From NCBI GenBank assembly GCA_028826165.1, contig JAPDFW010000059.1, positions 682,001 through 746,000 on the forward strand: a DNA stretch of 64,000 nucleotides, given 5' to 3'. The position numbers and the translations under genes were made by a program. The notes under the pieces were generated by a model, which worked only from the letters and a program-made list of their open reading frames with translations, was not told where the DNA came from and did not search any database. How positions within the stretch are numbered: position 1 is the first letter of the stretch; each line of letters starts with the position of its first letter. This DNA is from Anaeramoeba ignava BMAN (lineage: Eukaryota; Protista; Anaeramoebae). Below are positions 13,316 to 25,519 of the stretch, piece by piece.

Positions 13316-13406
13316 TTTAATAATTGCGAAAAAAAAATGAAAAAAAAAATGAAAAAAATAATTTCATTTTTTTCCTTTTTCTTTTCTTTTTTTAAAAATA
13401 AATCAA
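13316..13406. promoter_or_regulatory. 91-bp bidirectional promoter with TTTCATTTT initiator-like motifs on both strands
   Basis: The divergent SDR and PEX4 start codons flank it. ATGAAA (minus-strand TTTCAT) at about 13337 and 13349, and plus-strand TTTCATTTT at about 13362. Confidence 0.55.
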
Positions 13407-14497
13407 ATGAAAGTAAAATTAATTTTAATTTTAATTTTAATTTTATAAATTAATTTTAATTTTAAATTTAATTTTAAAGTCTTCACAAAGATTAGCAAAA
13501 GAATATTCTAAAATTCAAAAATCAGATAATGAATTCAATATTTCAATTGATTCTAATAATATTTTAAATTGGAAAGCAATATTAAAAGGACCAGATGAAA
13601 CTCCATTTAAAAATGGAAATTTTGAGATATCAATTAAATGCACAGATCAATATCCAATGAAACCTCCAAAAGTCTTCTTTAATACACCAATTTTTCATCC
13701 AAATATTCATTTCAAAGTATTTTTCTTATCTTTATTTTTAAATTAAATTGAATATTGAATTGAATTGAATTGAAATGAATTGAATTGAAATGAATTGAAA
13801 TGAAATGAATTGAAATGAATTGAATTAAATTGAACTGAATTAAATATTAAATTAAATTGAATAAATTGAATTGAATTGAATTGAATTGAATATTAAATAA
13901 TTAAATTGAATAAATTGAATTAAATTGAAATGAATTAAATTGAATAAAATGAAATGAAATGAATTGAATTGAATTAAATATTGAATTAAATATTGTATAT
14001 TAAATATTAAATTGAATATTGAATAAATTGAATTAAATATTAAATAATTAAATTGAATATTGAATTGGATTGAATTAAATTGAATATTGTATATTAAATA
14101 TTGAATTGAATTAAATATTGAATTGAATAAATTAAATATTGAATTAAATATTGAATTGAATTAAATATTGAATTAAATGTTGAATAAATTGAATTGAATT
14201 GAATTAAATAATTAAATTGAATATTATATTAAATATTAAATATTGAATATTAATTTATTAAAAATAAAGACAGGTGAAGTTTGTTTAGATGTTTTAAAAG
14301 CAAATTGGTCTCCTGCTTGGGATATATTTGCAATTTGTCGAGCTATTTCGCTTTTACTTTCTCATCCAGAACCTGATTCACCTTTAAATTGTGATGCAGG
14401 AAATATGCTTAGAGCAAAGGATGAAATGGCTTATTTTTCAATGGGTGAAATGTATACTCAAATGTTTGCAATTAAAGAAAATTCTGATAAAAAATAA
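13407..14497 (+). CDS. PEX4: Peroxin-4 type ubiquitin-conjugating enzyme E2 (exons 13407-13412, 13480-13716, 14270-14497; 156 aa)
   Basis: FHPNIHFKTGEVCLDVLKANWSPAW...CRAISLLLSHPEPDSPLNCDAGNMLR...FSMGEMYT closely follows the plant/protist Pex4 signature (HPNVHFKTGEICLDILK...WSPAW...HPEPDSPLNCDSGNLLR). Confidence 0.85.
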
Positions 14498-14644
14498 TTT
14501 TCCTTTTTTTTTTTATTGATTTTCCTTTCCAAATTTTCTTTTGAAAATGATTAAATTTTCTTTTAAATTTTCTTTTAAATTTTCTTTTCAATTTTCTTTT
14601 AAATCTTTTAAATCTTTTAAATCTTTTAAATTTTTTAAATCTTT

Positions 14645-17600
14645 TCAATTTTCTTTTAAATTTTCTTTTAAATTTTCTTTTAAATTTTCTTTTAAATTTT
14701 CTTTCAAATCTTTTGAATCTTTTAAATTTTCTTTTAAATTTTCTTTTAAATTTTCTTTTAAATTTTCTTTTAAATTTTCTTTTAAATTTTCTTTTAAATT
14801 TTCTTTTAAATCTTTTGAATCTTTTGAATTTTCTTCTAAATCTTTTAAATCTTTTAAATTTTCTTTTAAATTTTCTTTTGAATTTTCTTTTAAATTTTCT
14901 TTTAAATTTTCTTTTAAATCTTTTGAATTATCTTTTAAATTTTCTTTCAAATTTTCTTTCAAATTTTCTTTCAAATCTTTTAAATCTTTTGAATCTTCTA
15001 AATCTTTTAAATCTTTTGAATCTTCTAAATCTTTTAAATCTTTTGAATCTTCTAAATCTTTTAAATCTTTTAAATCTTCTAAATCTTCTAAATCTTTTAA
15101 ATCTTTTAAATCTTTTGAATTCTTTTTAAAATTATTATAAATTAAATGAACAGAATGAACTCTTTGATAAGAATTAATAATTTTCACAATATCTTTTGCA
15201 ATAGGAATTTTAAAAAAATCAAGTATCAATTTAAATTGATTTAGAGTAGAATAATCAATATCTAAATCAATCCAATCAAAATATAAAAACTCAATAAAAG
15301 CTTTAATAGCCAAAGTAGAAAAATAAAATTCAGTAAGATCCAATTTCGATTCTTTTGTAAATTTTTGGAAAAAAGGACATCGAACTTGCAAAATCAATCG
15401 ATGAACTTCAAAACTAAAATTTTTATCAATTAAAGTAAAATCTTTGCTTTCTTCATTTAGTAAATGCTCAAATGTTATTCCAAATGGTAATATATTAGTT
15501 TTTAATGAAATGTCTAAAACTTCTTCAGAAAATTTCCGAATAATTTTCACTTCATCTTGGCTTGTAAATTTATCATAACAAAGCCAATCTAAAATTAATT
15601 TGGCTTCTTTTTCTGTTTTTTTCGAAAGTATTTCAATAACTTTTTCCTTTTTTTCTTTTCCAAAATTTAGTTCAATCAATTCCTTCGAAGTTTTTATCGC
15701 TTTGGGTTTTGTTTCGATAGTAATTTTTTCTAGATTTTCATTCTTTGTAATAAATTGTTCAACATCTTTTAAAATTGTATTCAAATATATTTTCTTATCA
15801 TTATATGGTTTTGATAAAATCATAGAAGATAATAAAACTTTATCGTTAATCATATTATATAAAGGTTTCTAAATACAAAAATTGAAATAAAATAAAACAA
15901 AAACAAAACTATTTTATATTTTTTTTTATGATTTTACGCCATTCTATTAATAAAATTATTAATAACAAAAAATTTTACTTTTATAAATAAATAATTAATT
16001 AAATAATTCTTACAACAATCCGTGTTAAATCTGCTCCTGCTTCTATTAAAATTTTTAATATTTCTTTATTGGGATTTGGATTATGTTCAATTAATGTTTC
16101 AAGGACAGTTTTTCCAGACTAAAATTAATTGAGGAAAGTAAGTAAGTAAATAAATAAATAAATATTTTTTTTCTTTACACTAATAAAATTCACATCATCT
16201 CCTTTTGAAATTAACAATTTAATAATACTCGGATCTCTATACTGAATAACCTTATGAAGAAGATTTTCTTTTTCAGACTATAATTTTATATTTTATAATT
16301 TTAATTTTAATTTTATATTTTATAAATTTATAATTTTTTCTTAAAACAAACTCTAAGCTATAAAAATATAAATAAATAAATTAATTAATAAATTAATAAA
16401 TTAATCAAAAAAATTAAAAAAATTTTTTTACTCCATAAATCGGAAGAGGTTCATCTTTCCATTCATTAATAAAAGCAATAAAAAAATTGAAATTTAACAA
16501 TGAAATTGATTTTTGAATATAAATTGCTTTCTGTTTAAAAAAAAATTTGTTTTGTTTTGTTTTGTTTTGTTTTGTTTTGTTTTGTTTTGTTTTGTTTTGT
16601 TTTGTGAAAAAAAATTTATAATTAATCATTTACTTTCTAATAAAAAATACTTCATTTTAAATTATAAATTCTTGTTTTGATTTTGGAAATTTATTTTACT
16701 TCCTAAATTAAAAATTGAAAATGAATTAAAAAAAAACAATTTCTTCAATATTTAAAAAATAATTGTTTACATGAGAAAAATTGGAAAAATTTATTCTTTT
16801 TAATAATTTGGTCACAATTTGAGAATCTAAATTAAAGTCCATTAAATTTTCAATAAGTTGTTCCTAAAATAAATTAAATTTTAAATTTTAAATTCAAAAA
16901 AGAAAACAAAACAAAAACAATTTTACATCAGGAACTTGTAATCCATCAATAAAAGTTTCAATAACTTCAGGAGATTTTATATTTGCAAAAAAATTGGAAA
17001 TTGTTAGATCCTAATTTTTCAAAAAAATCGGAAAAGAAAATTATTATCATTAAAATAATAATTAATAAAACAAACATTAAATTTTGTTATTGGAAAACGT
17101 TTCAAAATTAAAGCCATTAAACTAGTAAACTTTTTTCTTGAAATTGCTTCAAAAAAAGAAATTTCATAAGTCTATTAAAAAAAATTAAAGAAAAATGTTT
17201 TTTTTTGATAATCTAATCCAAAAAAAAAAAAGATTAATTTTACTGTTGATTCATAAGGTTTTGTTATATATTCAATTAATAGTTCAAGAATAGGTAAAGG
17301 AGTGTCTTCATTAACTGCTATTGAAAAAACATTTACACCCTAAAGAAAAATGTTTGTTAAACTCTTTTTCTTCTGTTTTTTTTTTGATGCAAAACAAATT
17401 TTTTACTCTTGATGTCATTAATTCAATTTGTTCTTTATTTAAAAAAATTTTTACTGCTTCAACATTACTTTTACGAGAAAATAATCTTATTAAAGGAGTA
17501 TGACCCTTTGGAAAATAATATAATTTTAAATGAAAATTTTTTAGATCTATAGAAAATAATAATAATTTATTTTTCTTTTAATTTACATACTTTTTTTAAA

Positions 17601-20600
17601 TTTTAAAATTTTAAAATTTAACCATAAAGAAAAAATGAGAAAAAAAAATTACATTCTTTAAATTAAATTAAATCAAAAACACAAAAAAAATACAATAAAA
17701 TTTAAATTTAACAATTTTAAAGGTTATTGATATTTATATATATTTTTTACATCTAAAGCTTTTGGATCAGCTCCTTGATCAATAAGAAATTTTATTAGTT
17801 CAGGATCAGGAAATGAAGAACAAATATAATGAAGAACTGATGAATTCTGAAGAATAAAAAAAAATTAGTAAAAATAATCAAGAGTTTAAAAAAAAAGAAA
17901 TTGAGATTACTTCTCCCTATTAATAAAAAAAAAGAAAAAAACTTGATTAAAAAAGAAAAATGGAAAAAAAAAGAAAAAGAAAATACATCAACAGCTTTAA
18001 GTGATGCTCCACTTTTAATCAGTAATTTAGCAACTTCAATATTTGGACACATATGAATAGGTGTTCTTCCATTCTATTATATTGATTATTTAAAAAAAAA
18101 GTGAATAATTACAAAATTTTAGGAAAAAAAAAAGAAAAATTTACCACAATTGAATTTACATCAGATCCATTATCAATTAAGATTTTAACATAATCTATAA
18201 TTCCTTTTTCTACTGCGTGGTGTAATGGAATAAATCCCTGTATTTTTATTAAAAAAATTTTTTTTATTTATATCTATAATAATATTATTTATCTTTATCA
18301 TTTTTTTTCTTATTACATACTTTTTATTTTGATAAAAATTTTTAGAAGAAAGAAGAAATAAGTTTTTCTTTTATTATTGAGGAAAATTAACTAATTTCTT
18401 ACAACCTAAGATTTTTAATAAAATATAAGTAAATAAAATGAGAAATTAAAGTATAAATCAGAAAAATACATCTCTTTGTTCAAGAAGTCTTCCATCTGTT
18501 CTTTTAATAATTAAATTAAAAATTTCAGGATTGTAAACAGTTCTAATTTTCGCGAAATGAAGAAGGTTATAATCCTAAATATTATATGTAATTTAATTAA
18601 TTTGAAATGCTATAAATAAAAGAAAGAAAGTTTACATACTAAATTTATAAATGAATGAATATAAGTTTAAACAAAAAAAAAGCATTTTAGTTGATGCTTT
18701 TTACAGTCTTTTTTATACAAATCAAAAAGAAATTTTTTCAATATAGAACTTGTATTCAATTAAATAAATTGATAAATTTTACAAATTTCATTTCCGGATC
18801 AAGTCCCAAATCAAGAAATAATTTAATAACATTTATATCATCATGATATAAAAATGATAATGATAATGCGTTGTGAATCTTTTTTTTGTGTTTATAATAA
18901 AAAAGTAAATTTAGATTTAAATTTAAAGAAAAAAAACGAACTCCCTAAATAAAAAAATAAAGTCAAATTAGTTCCAAAAAAAAGAAATTATTATATTAGA
19001 TTACATTCATAACATCATAGTTTGCACCTTCTTCAATTAATAATTTAATAACTTCATAAGAAGCATTATTTCTACATGCGTGAAGAAGTGGGGTATTTCC
19101 CTAAAGAAAAAAAAAATTTTTTTCCAAATTGTAAAGTCATATTATTAATTATTTTGTTTTTGTATTTCATCAAAAAAAAAAAAGAAAGAATTTACACCCT
19201 AAAACAATTTTTATTAAAAAATAATTCACATAAAAATAAAATTAAAGAAAAATACTTTCTAAAGTTATTAAGAAGAAAAATTAATTTTAAAAAGTTTTTT
19301 TTTCTTCTTCTTCTAAAATGTAAATATCTACAGATTTTTGTTCAATATCTGCACCTTGATCAAGTAAAAAAATTATCATTTCTTCTTTAGGTTTGTTTCT
19401 ACATGCTATATGAAGTACACTTAATTTATCCTAAATTAAGATTTTAGTTAAATATAAGTATTTTTTATAATAGTATAGAAAAAAAGTTGTATTTTTTACT
19501 GTCTAAAATTTTATTTTATTAATTTTGGATTTGAAATTTTTATTTAAAATAGAAAACTAACATCCTAATAAAATTTAATAAATGGAAATGTAAAATTATA
19601 AATCATTAAAAAAGCAAACAAACCAATTCACTTCGAATATCAAAATCTTTTATAATTGTTTTCAATTCTGAAATTGAATTGTTTATAATCAAATTTTTAA
19701 TTTTTTCGTTCTATTTTAACAAGAAAAAGCAAGTAAAACAAGAGAGTTTTAATTTTAATTTTAATTTTATATTAATTTTATATTAATTTTATATTAATTA
19801 TATATTAATTTTATATTTATTATATATTAATTTTATATTAATTTTATATTAATTTTATATTAATTTTATATTAATTTTATATTAATTTTATATTAATTTT
19901 ATATTAATTTTATATTAATTTTATATTAAATTAATTTTATATTAATTTTTATATTAATTTTATATTAATTTTATATTAATTTTATATTAATTTTATATTA
20001 ATTTTATATTAATTTTATATTAATTTTATATTAATTTTATATTAATTTTATATTAATTTTATATTAATTTATATTAATTTTTATATTAATTTTATATAAT
20101 TTTATATTAATTTTATTATATATTAATTTTATATTAATTTTATATTAATTATATTAATTTTATATTAATTTTATATTAATTTTATATTAATTTTTATATT
20201 AATTTTATATTTATTTTATATTTATTTTATATATTAATTTTTATATTAATTTTATATTAATTTTATATTAATTTTTATATTATTTTATATTAATTTTATA
20301 TTAATTTTATATTAATTTTATATTTATTTTATATTAATTTTATATTTATTTTATATTAATTTATATTTATTTTATATTAATTTTATATTAATTTTATATT
20401 AATTTTATATTAATTTTATATTAATTTTATATTTATTTTATATTAATTTTATATTAATTTTATATTTATTTTATATTTATTTTATATTAATTTTATATTA
20501 ATTTTATATTTATTTTTTTATTTTTATATTTATTAATTTTATATTTATTTTATATTAATTTTATATTTATTTTATATTATTTTATATTTTTATATTAATT

Positions 20601-20844
20601 TTATATTTAATATTTATTTTATATTAATTTTATATTAATTTTATATTTATTTTATATTAATTTTATATTAATTTTATATTAATTTTATATTAATTTTATA
20701 TTAATTTTATATTAATTTTATATTAATTATATATTAATTTTATATTAATAATTGATAAAGATGTATCAATTCTAGATAAATTATTTATCAATTATAGATA
20801 AATATAATTTATTTTTATGATCATAATTTAAATACCAAAGACAT
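14645..20844 (-). CDS. Ankyrin-repeat + BTB/POZ protein with KENL-repeat tail; 34 exons including 16 micro-exons, all introns phase 0
   Basis: Manual splice reconstruction: MSL|NEKI...RSEL|D|T|DKLSVLHIAC...GADIEQKS|K|G|GNTPLLHAC...DVMN|G|IHNAL...EMKF|T|Y|DYNLLHFA...EQRD|V|Y|GFIPLHHA...NSIV|NGRTPIH...KAVD|GE|NSSVLHY...GADPKALD|N|Y|GHTPL...|GVNVF...|TYEI...|DLTI...|EQLI...FSH|E|K|KAIY...IYG|LR|SEKENLLH...|SGKTVLE...TRIV|NG|KPLYNMIND... The last exon has a BTB (DFTLID...FEVHRLILQVRCPFF...AFIEFLY). Confidence 0.85.
15938..19564 (-). other. Array of 13 three-nt and 3 six-nt micro-exons in the ankyrin-BTB gene
   Basis: AG|exon|GT on the minus strand at 19562-19564 GAT, 19500-19502 ACA, 19256-19258 AAA, 19196-19198 GGT, 18942-18944 GGA, 18705-18707 ACT, 18636-18638 TAT, 18403-18405 GTT, 18317-18319 TAT, 17911-17916 GGAGAA, 17653-17655 AAT, 17587-17589 TAT, 16700-16702 GAA, 16634-16636 AAA, 16352-16357 CTTAGA and 15938-15943 AATGGC. 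Confidence 0.82.
19760..20750. repeat. Intronic 11-bp tandem repeat (ATTAATTTTAT)n
   Basis: Fills intron 1 of the ankyrin-BTB gene. Confidence 0.9.
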
Positions 20845-21092
20845 AAAAAGAAGAAGAAAAAAGAAGAAAAAAAAAAGAAAAAAAATGAATTTTATGTTTT
20901 TTTTTTTTTGTAAAAATTTTTTGAATTGATTTTGATTATAAAAAAAGACTTTGAAATTAAATTAGAAAAATGTATCTTGTTGTGAATAAAAAATTAAAAA
21001 AAAATTAAAATTTTAATTAAAAAAAAAAGAAGAAGAAATTGTTCATTTTTTTTCCAAACAAAATTTGAGGAAATTTTTCAAAACAAAAATAA

Positions 21093-22405
21093 ATGCAGTT
21101 CCCTTTAAGACAACAAATGTATTATTTTCTGCCTTATTCCAACAACACAAACGCACAAAAACAACAAGCAGAACAAACAATAACTCCATTTTTTCACCAG
21201 AATCAGTTCATGTCTCCATTTTCTCCAACAAAAACTCAAAACCACAATCAAAACTCCAATAAAACTGAAGATCTAAAACAATCTTATCCTTTACTTTATG
21301 TTTTAGCTCTTGTTTCTGAAAAGTTTAATAGTGATTTGAATTTTACTCAAAAATTTGATTTTCCTGTCTTCCGGCAACTTGATCTTAGCCAGAAAAAAAC
21401 TAAAAACAACAAAGAAAAAAAACAAACACAAAGTCAAACACAAAAACATAAAGAAAAACAAAAGCAACTGAAAACACCCCATAAAAATCTAAATCAAAGT
21501 CAAAATTCAACTGAAAATCAAAATCAAAGTCAAAATCATTTAAAATCTAAACCTCAAAATTTCCAAAAAATTCAAACAAAAACAGAACAACATACAAAAG
21601 AAACTCAATTTAAAACAGAAACAAAAACAGAAACAATGACAGAGACAGAAACAAAAACAAAGACAAAGACTTTAACAGCATTTAACCCAAAAACTGAATC
21701 ATCTATAGAAACAATAACAAGAGGTAAATAAATTTTATTTTTTTTTTTTTGATAAGGAAAAAACAATAAATTTGACATTAACAATCATAATTTAAAAATA
21801 ATTTTATCAATTATAACAAAAACACCCTTTAATTTCTTTTAAAAAATTAAACAAAAATTAACAAAAAATTAATAAAAAAAAAATTTTTTTTTTCTTTAAA
21901 TTTTTAAGTTAAAAGAAATGCTGAAAATGATTTAGATTTTCTTAATGAAATTAAACAAAGAAAAACCAATTTAAATCTCAAAGAAAAAAGAAAAAGAAAA
22001 AGAAAAAGAAAAAGAAAAAGAAAAAGAAAAAGAAAAAGAAAAAGAAAAAAGAAAAAACAAAAACAAAAACAAATTAAACAAGATCAAACACAAACAAAAG
22101 AAGAAAAAGAAGAAGAAAAAGAAAAAGAAAAAATGACGGATAAATCAAAGTCAATAACAGAAATAGAAACAATTAATCAAAGAGACATTGATGCTGACAT
22201 TGAAACTGGCTTTGATATAGAAGAAAATGATAATAATGATGATAGTGAAGATTTAACAAGATGTATTTGCAATTCGACATTAACACGTGGTGTAATGGTT
22301 CAATGTGATAAATGTGGTTTTTGGTTACATATTGATTGTCTTGGTTTTACTTCAGTAGATCAAATTCCAGACGTTTTTATTTGTCCTTTTTGTCAACAGA
22401 AATAA
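21093..22405 (+). CDS. PHD-finger protein with low-complexity N-terminus and KR-repeat basic tract (exons 21093-21723, 21909-22405)
   Basis: C-terminal TRCICNSTLTRGVMVQCDKCGFWLHIDCLG...FICPFC is a C4HC3 PHD finger. A phase-1 GT-AG intron joins the two ORFs in frame. Confidence 0.82.
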
Positions 22406-22716
22406 TTTTTATTTTTTATTTTTATTTTTGGAATTTCTTTTTTAATTGATTTCTTTCAAAAATTGTTTTAGTTTTGTTTGGTTTTGTTTAATGTGTTCAA
22501 TTTCTGAATTCCTTTTAATTTTAATTTTAATTTTAATTTTAATTTTAATTTTAATTTTTAATTTAATTTTAATTTTAATTTTAATTTTAATTTTAATTTT
22601 AATTTTAATTTTAATTTTTAATTTTAATTTTAATTTTAATTTTAATTTTAATTTTTAATTTTAATTTTAATTTTAATTTTAATTTTGATTTTCATTTTTT
22701 CATTTTTTTCTTTATT

Positions 22717-25062
22717 ATGCAAAAACAAGATGAAACAAATAAAAAGAAATCAAATTCAAATTCAAATTCAACTTCAACTTCAACTAAAATAATAATTGGT
22801 GGAGTTGTTATTGGAATTGCTGGTTTTTGTGCTTATAAATATTTTAGTTCTAAAAATAAAACTGATTCACTTTATAATTTATATCAAGGATTTGAATTAA
22901 AGAGTTCACAAGAAAAATATGAAATATTAAAAAAAATGGGAGATATTTTAACGAAAGGTTGAAAATCTTTGTTTTAATTTTAATTACAAATTTATTTATA
23001 ATTTAATTTTATTTATTTATAAATTTATTTCAGAAAATGATCCAAAAAAATTACAACAAATTTGTGAATCAGAAACAATGAACAAATTTTACAAAATTTT
23101 AATTGAAAATATTTCCAGTTTTAATATTTCACTTCAAGAAATAATTATAGATATATTTTTAATTATATCTAAAAATGGTATCAAAAATCAAAATGAAAAA
23201 AATAAAAACAAAATTTCAAATTGAATTCAATGTTGATATTTTTTTATATTGAAAATTGATTTGATTTGATTAGCACAAAATTTAAACATGTTTATTGAAA
23301 AACAATTTGTGGATGAATTGGTTCAATTAATTTCAGAAGAAAAAATGGAAGAAACAGAAAGTAGAATTACAGAAAAAACAGCAAGAATTTTTGGAAATAT
23401 AATAAAAACAACAAAAGAGATCAAATTTGCAAATTACATTCAAGAAAAAGGAGGAGAAAAAAAACTAATGCGAGCATTTCGCAACGGAAATTTGCAAACA
23501 AAATCATCGTGTGCATATTGTTTGACTTGGTTTGCGGAACTTTTACCCGATGTGATCCAAAAATCAGCAACAATTGAATTTATGGAATCATTGTTTGAAT
23601 CATTGAAAGAAAAAGAACCAGAAAATTTAACGTATTCATTATCATTAATCAACGATTGCATTAAGCAAAACAACACGAACACGATGATGATTTTTAAAAA
23701 TGGAGGAATTGAGAAATTAATGGAATTACTTTCTAATGAAAATATTCAGGTTCAATGCAACACTAGTATGATATTGTCTAGTTTTATTGAAAATGATCCC
23801 AGTTTTGCCGATATTTTCTGTCAAAAAAACAGAGTTATTAAAATTATAACTGAAAATTTTTTCAAGCGTTATAACGGTCAAGAAAACAACAAGCGTTAAT
23901 TTATTGCGCTTCAAATTTGATTTATAGTATTGCAATGACAACACCTGAAAATCGAATAAATATTCGTGAAGATGGAGCTTTACCTTTTTTGGTCAATTCA
24001 ATTAATGGTTTTAAATCAAAAGTTTATAAAGAAGTTATTCGTGCTATTCGTGCTTGCACAATTTCTTCTAAATCTACTGATAATGCCAAATATTTTACTC
24101 AGTATAATCTTCTGAGTGAAATTGAAAAGAGGTTTGCTATTGAGGAAGATTATGAAGTTCTTTCTGATATGGCTATTATTATTGGTAATTGTGCTTTAGA
24201 TGGTAAAGAATCCAAACAAATTTTTAATTTTAATTTTAATTTCAAAATGAATTTGAATTTTAATTTTAATTTTTTAAAAATCGGAAAAAAATTTTTTATT
24301 CAATAGAACAATCAAGAGAAAAAATGTTAATTCACGGAATTTTGAAAAAATTAATCGATCTTTGTCGTTCATCTGATGAAAAAGTTCAATCAAGTTCAGT
24401 TTGCGCATTAGCTAATTGTGCAATGTCTGGTTTGAAAAAAAAAACTAATTAAATTAAATTAAATTAAAATAAATTAAAATAAATTTAAATTTAAATTTTT
24501 TAAAAGAAAAAAACCAAGAAGTTATTCGAAAAGCTAATTTATTTCCAGATATTGTAGAAGCATTACATTCTATGAATCCATATACTCGAATTGGAGCAAT
24601 ATTAATAATTCGAAATTTTGCAAGAATTGGTTCAGATTCTCAATCAGAAAATTGGAGTAAAAAAATTAATTGAAAAATTTTTTAACTGAAAAAAAAAAAA
24701 TATTTTTTCCATTTTTATTCCTCTTTTTCTTTTTCTTTTTCTTTTTCTTTTAGATTTAAATGTTGAAAAATTTCTTCGACTTGGAGTTTTAGAAAAATTA
24801 ATTTCTTTATTTAATAATTTTGATCAAACTTTAAATGATCTTGTTTCTGAAACTTTAGAATTTCTTTCAAAAAATTGTAATAATTAATTTAATTTTTAAT
24901 TTAATTTTTTAATTCAATTTTTTTAATTTAATTTTTTTAATTTAATTTTTTTAATTTAATTTTTTAATTTAATTTTTCAATTTAATTTTTTAATTTAATT
25001 TAGCAAAAATTCAAAAAAGATTACAAGAATTAATTTCACAAGAAAAATCTTTGGAAAAATGA
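22717..25062 (+). CDS. Armadillo-repeat protein with N-terminal transmembrane anchor; multi-exon, apparent frameshift near 23885
   Basis: TM segment IIIGGVVIGIAGFCAYKYF. ARM repeats such as NGGIEKLMELLSNENIQVQCNTSMILSSF, EDGALPFLVNSI and HGILKKLIDLCRSSDEKVQSSSVCALANCA. GT-AG introns. Confidence 0.78.
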
Positions 25063-25519
25063 TTAAAATTAAAACAAAAATTTTTCATTTTAATTCAATT
25101 AGTTTTTTTTTTTTTTTGAATTAAAAATTCTTTTAAATTTTAAAAGAAATAAATTCAAAAAATATTAAAAATAAAAACAAAAGAAGAAAATCGGAAAAAA
25201 TTTTTTTTGTTCTTCATCAAAAAGAAAAAGAAAAGAAAAAATCGATCAATCAAGTAAAAAAAAAAAGGAAGAAAAAAGAAAAAAAAAATTTGAATTTGAA
25301 TTTGAATTTGAATTTGAATCAAATTTTGTAAAAAAGAAAAAGAATAAAAGAAAAATGAAGTCAACTTGTTCAAAAAAAAAAAGTCCAGAATAGAAAAATA
25401 GAATCAAAGAAAGAATCAAAGAAAGAATCAAAGAATCAAATAATTATTGAATCAATGAATCAATAAAGTTCTAAAAAAAGAAAAAAAATAAGAAAAATAT
25501 GAGAAAAAGTTTTTTTTTC

